From assembly GCA_950097015.1 (NCBI GenBank), contig CATNEN010000033.1, forward strand, positions 3,348,001 through 3,412,000: a stretch of 64,000 nt of DNA, read 5' to 3'. The position numbers and the translations under genes were made by a program. Positions 1-11,500 of this stretch are shown here, one piece after another. Below the pieces are notes generated by a model. That model saw only the letters and a program-made list of their open reading frames with translations, searched no databases and was not told the origin of the DNA. Numbering within the stretch: the stretch's first letter is position 1; each line of letters begins with the position of its first letter. The DNA is from Macrostomum hystrix. Lineage: Eukaryota > Animalia > Platyhelminthes.

Positions 1-419
1 TTTGATTCTTCTCAGAGGCGGTATTTACTTCCGACTGTTACGTTTGCATTTTGTTTGCGTCGTTAGTGAAGTTTTTAATTTTTTTATTTCTTTATTCATT
101 TCCAAGTATGTAAGTTGCAATTCATATCCCTGTGTTAAATAAACCAGGCTCAGTTTAAAATTGAAAGTGCGCAGTTGGCAGAATGCTCGATCAGTTTTGT
201 GTGACTTCTGGAGTAAAAGTGGGTTTTTGCCAGTATTCGGCTATTTTAGCTTCCTTTGCTTGTGAAAGGTTTTTATTTTATTCATTTTATACTACTATTA
301 GACGTAGAAAGCGTTTTAGAGTGAACGAAACTAAAGTGCTAGAGTGCACACATAAAACCTGTATTTTGTACCAGAAACCGTACTTTTGGTCTTTTTGGTG
401 CATGCGGTACTTTTGGAAA

Positions 420-705
420 GCCCGGGTTTCGAGTGTCTGGGATGTTGGGAAAGCTAAAGTTTCTAGAATTTGGGATTCTGGAAAGTTAAGTTTCTAGGAT
501 TTGGGATTTGGGAAAGCTAGAGTTTCTAAAGATTGGGATTCGGGAAAGCTAGAGTTTCTAGAATCTGGGATTCTGGAAAGTTTAAGTTTCTAGGATTTAG
601 GATTCGGGAAAGCTAGAGTTTCTAAAAATTGGGATTCGGGAAAGCTAGAGTTTCTAAAGATTGGGATTCAGGAAAGCTAGAGTTTCTAGAATCTGGGATT
701 TTAGA
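420..705. repeat. Degenerate tandem repeat, ~37-bp unit (GGGATTCGGGAAAGCTAGAGTTTCTA core)
   Basis: Core recurs about 7-8 times with variation. Confidence 0.8.
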
Positions 706-1664
706 AAGCGGGTTCACGAATAGAAATGGAAAAGAGGATTTTAAACGCGCATAAAGCTTTTGAAAATGAAAGCCGTAATAAATTGCTTCAGTGTAAGTTG
801 AATAAATTTCTTGCTATTTGTCGAGCAGCAATGCCTGCTTAGAGCTAGAATACAGTGAAATCGCTGTGTCTGTGTCCCGTGTCCCAATATCCGAGCTCGC
901 AGTTACTGTGGCATTTTATAGCGATTAATAAGCTGTCCTCTGCGAATTTACCTGCTGCTGCTGCTTCTGTTGTTGTTGTGCTAATGGCAGAATGATAATC
1001 AGGTGATAAAGAGTGATTTATGACTGTTGCATTTTGTAGCGGCTGGTAGCTATCGACTTTGGCTACATCTGCATCGGGTAGGATTGGGATATCCTGGGTG
1101 GGATCCTCTGCTAATAACAAGGTGCCCGCTTGTCCAGTTGCTAGCGAAGCGCGAGCTAATGCCTACCTAGGATTAACAAGCTCCACAGCGCTGCGCATCG
1201 GGCACGGGATGCGGAAATTAAGTCGGAATTATTCCTCTTGAATGGGATCACACGCGCACTGGGCCAGTCGAATCATGGGGCTGCGCACCTGCGCTTGCCA
1301 AAGCTTGCCTCGGGGCAGTTAGGCATGGGAATAGATGGCCAAGTTGCGATTCGGGCCACTGCAAGGTCTGGGCTGATCGCAGCGAAGAGAGCGGAAGGAA
1401 ATTCTGGGGCAAGGGAAAAAAGGAGAAAAGAAGGGTCTAAGATGCTCTTTCTTCTGCTTAGTGCTTCTGATTAGTGATCGGGACCCGCTTTCGTTTGGTT
1501 ACAGTAGCAGCAAGTTTTGCGATTAACAATCTTCTTCATTTGGCCTTCGAGCTCGTAAAATCAATGTAACTTTTGCTTTGTAAAGTTCATTATAAATTTG
1601 TGCTTCTATTTTTGCCATTGCTGTCTAGCCTTATCTTGTAGCATTCCGAATTCCTTATTGAGAT

Positions 1665-2082
1665 CTGTGACTGTGAATGAATGTGAGGATTGGGATCTGT
1701 GACTGTGAATGAATGTGAGGATTTGGATCTGTGACTGTGAATGAGTGTGAGGATTGGGATCTGTGACTGTGAATGAGTGTGAGGATTGGGATCTGTGACT
1801 GTGAATGAATGTGAGGATTTGGATCTGTGACTGTGAATGAGTGTGAGGATTGGGATCTGTTACTGTGAATGAATGTGAGTATTGGGATCTGTGACTGTGA
1901 ATGAGTGTGAGGATTGGGATCTGTGACTGTGAATGAGTGTGAGGATTGGGATCTGTTACTGTGAATGAATGTGAGGATTGGGATCTGTGACTGAATGAAT
2001 GTGAGGATTGGGATCTGTGACTGTGAATGAATGGGAGGATTGGGATCTGTTACTGTGAATGAATGTGAGGATTGGGATCTGT
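1665..2082. repeat. Minisatellite, ~30-bp unit (GGATTGGGATCTGTGACTGTGAATGAATGTGA-like)
   Basis: More than 12 near-identical tandem units. Confidence 0.9.
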
Positions 2083-2477
2083 TGCTCTGAAGTAATATGA
2101 GGATTCAGATATTTCAGTTTCTCCCATTCAATTAGATTATTATCCGCCTGGCTTAATAATATCCCCTCAGATTTGATTGGCATGCATCCGAACTTTTCAA
2201 TAACCTGGGAAGTGCAAAAAATTCAAAGCTCACAACAAATAATAGTCAGACAGCCGCAATAAGGCAAGGGATGCAACAGCTGGACCCTGCACTCCTAAGT
2301 CACCTTCGCTACCAACGAACCTTGGCTCTGAGCCAGAACTGCCAGCCTTGTTTATCTTGCGCTAAGCCATTTAGCGCACTCGATAGCGATAGAAAGGCTA
2401 CTTGGCATTCAGTCAGGACCCAGACTCGAAAAATATACGTTTAGTAACAGCAATCTGGACAGTGCCAGCAACCGATG

Positions 2478-2840
2478 CTTCCCCCTCAATGACAGTGACA
2501 GCCACTGCTTCCCCCTCAATGACAGTGACAGCCACTACTTCCCCCTCTATGGCAGTGACAGTCACTGCTTCCCCCTCTATGGTAGTGACAGTCACTGCTT
2601 CCCCCTCTATGACAGTGACAGTCACTGCTTCCCCCTCTGTGACAGTGACAGCCACTGCTTCCCCCTCAATGACAGTGACAGCCACTGCTTCCCCCTCAAT
2701 GACAGTGACAGCCACTACTTCCCCCTCTGTGGCAGTGACAGTCACTGCTTTCCCCCTCTGTGGCAGTGACAGTCACTGCTTCCCCCTCAATGACAGTGAC
2801 AGCCACTGCTTCCCCCTATGTGGCAGTGACAGTCACTGCT
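2478..2840. repeat. Minisatellite, 30-bp unit (CTTCCCCCTCAATGACAGTGACAGCCACTG)
   Basis: Tandem units; explains the 178-aa and 110-aa repeat ORFs. Confidence 0.9.
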
Positions 2841-3214
2841 GTCGATTCGAACGGGTGAGAACGGGAAATTCGAATAAACCCGTTAGAGTACGTTTGGGAG
2901 CGAAGTTAGAAAAATTATTTCTCCCCTGTTGTATTTGATGTTCTTATACACTCCGTTCCCTTATTGGGGAAGTTGCCGCCTTCCGTATTAGCAACATGCA
3001 AGAGAAATATTTTCCCACCCAAAAGCCAGCCGCTAAAACTATTACATTCCATACTGCTTAGACATCAGCTGGCCCCACAAAACACTATTCCTAAATGTCT
3101 GCCAGCAGCAGAAGCAAAATTTGCATTTTTGATGGTTTAAAGGGCAGGGGTAGGAACTTAAAATGCAAAGCTGACACAATGTCTATCGTTTTTCTTCACG
3201 ACTGTCTATCGTGA

Positions 3215-4850
3215 TTTCAGTCCTGCAGTGTTGTTATCTGTGAGGTATTTGGTGTGATTTCAGTCCTGCAGTGTTGTTATCTGTGAGGTATTTGGTGTGA
3301 TTTCAGTCCTGCAGTGTTGTTAACTGTGAGGTATTTGGTGTGATTTCAGTCCTGCAGTGTTGTTATCTGTGAGGTATTTGGTGTGATTTCAGTCCTGCAG
3401 TGTTGTTAACTGTGAGGTATTTGGTGTGATTTCAGTCCTGCAGTGTTGTTATCTGTGGGGTATTTGGTGTGATTTCAGTCCTGCAGTGTTATTATCTGTG
3501 AGGTATTTGGTGTGATTTCAGTCCTGCAGTGTTGTTATCTGTGAGGTATTTGCTGTGATTTCAGTCCTGCAGTGTTGTTATCTGTGAGGTATTTGGTGTG
3601 ATTTCAGTCCTGCAGTGTTGTTATCTGTGAGGTATTTGCTGTGATTTCAGTCCTGCAGTGTTGTTATCTGTGAGGTATTTGCTGTGATTTCAGTCCTGCA
3701 GTGTTGTTATCTGTGAGGTATTTGGTGTGATTTCAGTCCTGCAGTGTTGTTATCTGTGAGGTATTTGGTGTGATTTCAGTCCTGCAGTATTGTTATCTGT
3801 GAGGTATTTGGTGTGATTTCAGTCCTGCAGTGTTGTTATCTGTGAGGTATTTGGTGTGATTTCAGTCCTGCAGTGTTGTTATCTGTGAGGTATTTGGTGT
3901 GATTTCAGTCCTGCAGTGTTGTTATCTGTGAGGTATTTGCTGTGATTTCAGTCCTGCAGTGTTGTTATCTGTGAGGTATTTGCTGTGATTTCAGTCCTGC
4001 AGTGTTGTTATCTGTGAGGTATTTGGTGTGATTTCAGTCCTGCAGTGTTGTTAACTGTGAGGTATTTGGTGTGATTTCAGTCCTGCAGTGTTGTTATCTG
4101 TGGGGTATTTGGTGTGATTTCAGTCCTGCAGTGTTATTATCTGTGAGGTATTTGGTGTGATTTCAGTCCTGCAGTGTTGTTATCTGTGAGGTATTTGCTG
4201 TGATTTCAGTCCTGCAGTGTTGTTATCTGTGAGGTATTTGCTGTGATTTCAGTCCTGCAGTGTTGTTATCTGTGAGGTATTTGGTGTGATTTCAGTCCTG
4301 CAGTGTTGTTATCTGTGAGGTATTTGGTGTGATTTCAGTCCTGCAGTGTTGTTATCTGTGAGGTATTTGGTGTGATTTCAGTCCTGCAGTGTTGTTATCT
4401 GTGAGGTATTTGGTGTGATTTCAGTCCTGCAGTGTTATTATCTGTGAGGTATTTGGTGTGATTTCAGTCCTGCAGTGTTGTTATCTGTGAGGTATTTGCT
4501 GTGATTTCAGTCCTGCAGTGTTGTTATCTGTGAGGTATTTGGTGTGATTTCAGTCCTGCAGTGTTGTTATCTGTGAGGTATTTGGTGTGATTTCAGTCCT
4601 GCAGTGTTGTTATCTGTGAGGTATTTGCTGTGATTTCATTCCTGCCGTGTTGTTATCTGTGAGGTATTTGGTGTGATTTCAGTCCTGCAGTGTTGTTATC
4701 TGTGAGGTATTTGGTGTGATTTCAGTCCTGCAGTGTTGTTATCTGTGAGGTATTTGGTGTGATTTCAGTCCTGCAGTGTTGTTATCTGTGAGGTATTTGC
4801 TGTGATTTCAGTCCTGCAGTGTTGTTATCTGTGAGGTATTTGCTGTGATT
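3215..4850. repeat. Satellite array, 43-bp unit (GTGATTTCAGTCCTGCAGTGTTGTTATCTGTGAGGTATTTGGT), ~38 copies
   Basis: Highly homogeneous head-to-tail units with no spacers. Confidence 0.95.
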
Positions 4851-5429
4851 TGCTGATGATGTACTAGAGATTTTGTATAGGTGGATTGGGGCCCTTGTTT
4901 AAAGTACTCGCTTCTACAGATTCTCCACCTTCATTTCTACCCAAACAGAAGAGGAGAAACTCAGCAGGCAGGCTTTCAGGTAGCACCCCATTACGACTGG
5001 CAGATACGAAGGACTTGATCTGGCAACACCGAGGCGCTGTCTAAACAGACGAATAGCGTCCTAAACAGAGAAAAATCAATAATTTGGACTATTTGCAGGA
5101 ACTGGGGGGTTTAACTGTCGCAGCACTTAAGGTTAACAGAAGCGGCACGCGGCACTCCTGCCTGCCATGCCATTTTTCTAAAACAGTTTTCACTAACGGC
5201 CATCTCGATGCAGCAGCGTCAGCGGCGGCTATTTATCCTGTCCCGTAATACCGCGGCCAGTGTTTGCTGGTCACACTAATCAGCTGCGTTAGCAACATCA
5301 GCCTGTGCTAAGCGCCAGGCAATAAAAGTCACCAGCGCCAGACTTGCACATTCCAAGCTTCTAGCTTACTTAGCACAGCAATGCAGCGTCCCATTCATAC
5401 TACACCCAATTGACATGCGAGAGTGCTCC

Positions 5430-6165
5430 GTCCTGTCTCCTTATCAATCTACCCCCTCTCATTATGAATCTACCCTCTCTCCTTATCAATCTACCCCCAC
5501 TCATTATTAATCTACCCTCTCTCCTTATCAATCTACCCTCTCTCTTTATCAATCTACCCTTTTCCTTACCAATCTACACTGTCTCACATTCTCCCTCTCC
5601 TTATCAATCTACCCTCTCTCATTATCAATCTACCCTCTCTCATTATCAATCTACCCTCACTCCTCATCAATCTACTCTCTCTCCTTTACAATCTACCCTC
5701 TCTCCTTATCAGTCTACCCCCTCTCATTATCAATCTTCCCTCTCTCCTTATCAATCTACCCTCTCTATCAATCTACCCTTTTCCTTACCAAAAGGGTATT
5801 GGTTCCAAGGATATTGAACATGGAATTTCCTCACCAATCTACCCTGTATCACATTCTCCCTCCTTATCAATCTCGCATTTCTCCTTAACAATCTACCCTC
5901 TCTTCTCATCAATCTACCCTCTCTCCTTAACAATCTATTCTTTCTCCTTATCAATCTACCCTCACTCCTTATCAATCTACCCTCACTTCATATCAAATCT
6001 AAACTCTCTCCTTATCAATCTACCCTCTCTCCTTAACAATCTATTCTTTCTCCTTATCAATCTACCCTCACTCCTTATCAATCTACCCTCACTCCTTATC
6101 AATCTACCCTCTCTCCTTATCAATCTACCCTCTCTTCTTATCAATTTACCCTTCCACCTTATCAA
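5430..6165. repeat. Degenerate 21-bp minisatellite (CCTTATCAATCTACCCTCTCT)
   Basis: Two blocks of the unit separated by a short unique stretch. Confidence 0.85.
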
Positions 6166-6637
6166 TATGCATCTCTTACAGTCTCGCTCTCCAGACGAAT
6201 GCCACTGCATGTTGCATTGGTATATTTACTATAGCCGGGATTGATGGATGGACACACCGGGAGGCGACAGCTGTCAAGCGTTCTTAAAAAACAGTCGGCA
6301 AGTAACAAATGAAGGCTATTTGGAAGCAGCGAAGGGTCAGCTCCATGGCAGCCCTCTTTGGAGCCGCTTGAATAGCACCGCTGCCTTGAAGAGGCTATTG
6401 CTAGAAACCTGACCGACAGTCATTCTGCTAGCCGGGTTGGTCAAAGATTTGCAACTGCCAAAATTGATTGGCGAAAGCGAGTTATCATAATCATCGGTCT
6501 GACTATAGGCAGAGCGCTGCGGCGGGAGAAGGAAAGCGGAGCCTCTCGCTGATGCCCTCGACAGCCCGGCCGAGTCCATAGGCCGCCGCCCCGCCTGACT
6601 TCGCGCGACTGTTTGAAAGACGGACAGATTCTGATGC

Positions 6638-6952
6638 ATGTGTGAGTGCGAGTGAGTGATTGTGTGTGTGTGAGTGCGAGTGAGTGATTGTGTGTGTGTC
6701 AGTGCGAGTGAGTGATTGTGTGTGTGTCAGTGCGAGTGAGTGATTGTGTGTGTGTGAGTGCGAGTGAGTGATTGAGTGTGTGAGTGTGAGTGTGTGTGTG
6801 AGTGTGTGAGTGTGAGTGTGTGAGTGTGTGAGTGTGAGTGTGTGTGTGAGTGTGTGTGTGTGAGTGTGTGAGTGTGTGAGTGTGAGTGTGTGAGTGTGTG
6901 AGTGTGTGAGTGTGTGAGTGTGTGTGTGTGAGTGTGTGAGTGTGTGTGTGTG
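6638..6952. repeat. Compound (GT)n/(GTGA)n microsatellite
   Basis: Visible directly; source of the His/Thr-rich ORFs. Confidence 0.95.
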
Positions 6953-8252
6953 CAGATGCATAGCCCACTTATTGGGACTCGCGTATGCATAGTGACCCGT
7001 GCTCTTGGGCCGAAATAAGTGTTGGGCCAGGCCCAAGAAGTGCGTCCAACACTGCCAAAAATTTGGAGCTATTAGGAAAAAAAAATATCCACTGAAACCG
7101 CATTTTTTTTGTCCAAAAGAAAAAATTCATTTTTTTCATTTGCAATTGAAGATTTTTTATTAATCTAATAATAATTGCTGGCCCAATAATGTGAAAACTG
7201 ATGCAAACAAACGTAACTGACCCAATAGTGTTGTTCGGACAAAATGCGAATTATGTGCTCTAGCATTTTTGAATCGAATTTTCAAAGCCGCTACTGATAG
7301 TAGTATTTTCGAATTCGTTTTAGGCGGCTCGCTTTTAAAACTCGCGTTCAATGAGACTGACTCCCCTCTGTATTTCTAATGCACAGTGGCTGTGTGACTA
7401 GGAAGTAATGAATGTTACGTTGATTGTGAAACTGTACTTCTGTCCATAAAAATCCCCGACTGCAACTGAATGTGCAGGTATAGCCTTTTAGTTATTTACA
7501 ATTTATAACGCTAGTTACAGGATGGAGGGTGGGAGCTTTGTTTGACGACAGAATGCAAAATCTAGAATATTCATGCGTTCATATTAGAGATTTTAACACA
7601 GTTAAAATTATTGTATTATTCGTAGTGCAATGCAAAAGAGCTATGCGCTTTTAAAGATTTAGTATTTTAGCATTGTCGCATTAGACATTACTAAATTCCC
7701 AAATATTTATCTACCAATTTAAAAGAACTTTTAACTAAGATTCAAATTCACTTATGGAGTCCAGAAGCTGACTAAACAGAACAGTGAGAACTCATACTCC
7801 TAAAATGAAAACATTTTTGCTCAATGAATCAAAGGCATCGATTCTACAAGAATCAAATTCCAGATGACAAGTTGTGGCACTATGTATTGCCTATATTTTA
7901 CTAGCGCGCAGCTCTTAAAGGCTGTCTTCAAAATGCCATCAGTTTATCACACATGCAGACTTATGCCTATGGATCATTTAAAAGGGCCTCGTGTTCTGGG
8001 GTTGTTGTTGTTGACCTGAAAGTGTTGGGACAGCCTATTGGGGGGCTCTTGCTCTATCCACTGAATTAATCGATAACGCCCCATCTACATTTAATTGGAC
8101 GCCTTGTTTCACACCCTGTACAATTTCACAAACCCCTAAAATCTTTTACCCGTCTGAACCAGTAAGAAATGAACGACATACAAGCCCTACTAAGCCAAAG
8201 AGGGTGGACCCCTGTTCTGTCTTTATTAGCCTAAAAAAACTAGTGAAAAGCT

Positions 8253-8520
8253 TTTTAAGTGACTGCTTCGATCCTTAGTATTTTAAGTGACTGCTTCGAT
8301 CCTTAGTATTTTAAGTGACTGCTTCGATCCTTAGTATTTTAAGTGACTGCTTCGATCCTTAGTATTTTAAGTGACTGCTTCGATCCTTAGTATTTTAAGT
8401 GACTGCTTCGATCCTTAGTATTTTAAGTGACTGCTTCGATCCTTAGTATTTTAAGTGACTGCTTCGATCCTTAGTATTTTAAGTGACTGCTTCGATCCTT
8501 AGTATTTTAAGTGACTGCTT
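8253..8520. repeat. 28-bp tandem array (TTTTAAGTGACTGCTTCGATCCTTAGTA), ~9.5 copies
   Basis: Perfect units ending 9 nt before the ATG at 8530. Confidence 0.95.
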
Positions 8521-8529
8521 GTCGCCACA

Positions 8530-11500
8530 ATGAGGCGACAAGCGAACAAGAAGGGAAGAAAGAAAAAGAAAGACTCTTCAGAATCAGAATACCATCCGAA
8601 CTTTCGCGTGGAAGTAAGGTTCGACAAGAGGCACCCATCTTATGGCCAAACGAATGTTGTATATTTGAAAGACTTGACATACTCGGGCAAGCTGTGCCAT
8701 GGCACCAGAGTCTCAATGGCTTGGAAAGCGAAGGAGTGGTTCGGTACCGTCACAAATATGTAAGTAGCAAATTACTTTCCAACATTTGTCTTTCTTTGTT
8801 CGCTTAACATTTTGAGACCACTAGCCAAAAGCAATTTTGATTTTCGGAACACTGCTTTGCAGATATGTCGACGTTGATCCGCTTCCAGCTGGTGCAGTTA
8901 CCTCGGGACTTCGCACTACACTAACAGGTAGGCGGCGAATAAACTTCTGGAATTCACTGAATCAAAAAGCCTATAGCGTATAGATATATTTCACCTAAAA
9001 GAGATGCAATATGCTTTATGCAGTTTAGGGAATATGAACGTACTCGAACTTAAATTTGATTTCGTGAAATTTACGGAATATAAAACGCGCCTTTATAAAG
9101 AGCATCAAGAACTGTACATTTCGATGCAATCCCAATCTACGATCATTACAGCTGAAGAACTTAGTCAAGGCAAAACTCCCGGCGATTGCTTTGAGGACTA
9201 TTATATTGGTAAGTAATAAAAGCATTGTCACCAAAATTAAGAAAAAACCCGATTCGATTCGATATTAAAAAACTCACACGTTACAGAAAAGGAGAAGGAG
9301 TACATAAATAAACAACTCAGCGAAAAATCCAGTCAGTCCAAGAGAGAAAACTACGCTGATTCTGAGAGACAAGTCAGCTGCCTTGATTCGCTTCCTCCTG
9401 CAGCTTCACACACTGCCAAACTGGACGATCTCAGCAGCGCCTCCAATCGATCCGCTGATTCTGAGAGACAAGTCAGCTGCCTTGATTCGCTTCCTCCTGC
9501 AGCTTCACAGACTGCCAAACTGGACTATCTCAGCAGCGCCTCAAATCGATCCGCTGATTCTGAGAGACAAGTCAGCTGCCTTGATTCGCTTCCTCCTGCA
9601 GCTTCACACACTGCCAAACTGGACGATGTTAGCAGCGCCTCCGATCGACCTGGTGAGTCCCGCTTGACAATGCCATATGAATAAGAGCTAAAACAGACCA
9701 ATTTCAGCATTGAAATATTAAAAACGCATTTCCTGGAACACTGCTGAAAGACACTAAACAGTCGGCATTTTTCAGCTTAGAAGACAGGGCATTGTTGGGA
9801 CATGCAGTTCAAAGTGTGTTCTGATAAAACAGGGCATTTTTAGGACATGCAGAACAAAGTGTGTCGCGATAAAACAGGGCATTGTTGGGACATGCAGATC
9901 AAAGTGTGTTTCGATTCAACAGGGCATTGTTGGGACACAAGAGATTATGTAAAGTGCATGCAGGAGATAAAAGTGTTCAATGTTTTCTCCCTTGTGTGCA
10001 GATTCGGTTGCTAAGGAAAAGAAGAAGCGAGGCAGCAGCGGCAACGGCCCTTCGGCTCCAAAGTCTGTCAAATTTGACGATGTCAGCGGCGCCTCAAATC
10101 GATCCGCTAATTCTGAGAGCGGAAGCGTCGGTGTCGATTCGCTTCCTTCTGCAGCTTCACACACTGCCAAACTGGACGATCTCAGCAGCGCCTCCAATCG
10201 ATCCGCTGATTCTGAGAGACAAGTCAGCTGCATTGATTCGTTTCCTCCTGCAGCTTCACACACTGCCAAACTGGACGATGTTAGCAGCGCCTCCGATCGA
10301 CCTGGTGAGTCCCGCTTGACAATGCCATATGAATAAGAGCTAAAACAGACCAATTTTAGCATTGAAATATTAAAAACGCATTTCCTGGAACACTGCTGAA
10401 AGACACTAAACAGTCGGCATTTTTCAGCTTAGAAGACAGGGCATTGTTGGGACATGCAGTTCAAAGTGTGTTCTGATAAAACAGGGCATTTTTAGGACAT
10501 GCAGAACAAAGTGTGTCGCGATAAAACAGGGCATTGTTGGGACATGCAGATCAAAGTGTGTTTCGATTCAACAGGGCATTGTTGGGACACAAGAGATTAT
10601 GTAAAGTGCATGCAGGAGATAAAAGTGTTCAATGTTTTCTCCCTTGTGTGCAGATTCGGTTGCTAAGGAAAAGAAGAAGCGAGGCAGCAGCGGCAACGGC
10701 CCTTCGGCTCCAAAGTCTGTCAAATTTGACGATGTCAGCGGCGCCTCAAATCGATCCGCTAATTCTGAGAGCGGAAGCGTCGGTGTCGATTCGCTTCCTT
10801 CTGCAGCTTCACAGACTGCCAAACTGGACGATCTCAGCAGCGCCTCCAATCGATCCGCTGATTCTGAGAGACAAGTCAGCTGCATTGATTCGTTTCCTCC
10901 TGCAGCTTCACACACTGCCAAACTGGACGATCTCAGCAGCGCCTCCAATCGATCCGCTGATTATGAGAGACAAGTCAGCTGCCTTGATTCGCTTCCTCCT
11001 GCAGCTTCACACACTGCCAAACTGGACGATCTCAGCAGCGCCTCCAATCGATCCGCTGATTATGAGAGACAACTCAGCTGCCTTGATTCGCTTCCTCCTG
11101 CAGCTTCACACACTGCCAAACTGGACGATGTTAGCAGCGCCTCCGATCGACCTGGTGAGTCCCGCTTGACAATGCCATATGAATAAGAGCTAAAACAGAC
11201 CAATTTTAGCATTGAAATATTAAAAACGCATTTCCTGGAACACTGCTGAAAGACACTAAACAGTCGGCATTTTTCAGCTTAGAAGACAGGGCATTGTTGG
11301 GACATGCAGTTCAAAGTGTGTTCTGATAAAACAGGGCATTTTTAGGACATGCAGAACAAAGTGTGTCGCGATAAAACAGGGCATTGTTGGGACATGCAGA
11401 TCAAAGTGTGTTTCGATTCAACAGGGCATTGTTGGGACACAAGAGATTATGTAAAGTGCATGCAGGAGATAAAAGTGTTCAATGTTTTCTCCCTTGTGTG

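Noticed and set aside
845-1120. Possible minus-strand terminal exon (91 aa)
   Set aside because: No recognisable domain, non-ATG start, and no partner exons identified.
3215-4850. CRISPR-like array (43-bp repeats); likewise the 28-bp array at 8253-8520
   Set aside because: Units are head-to-tail with no unique spacers, there are no cas genes, and the context is eukaryotic.
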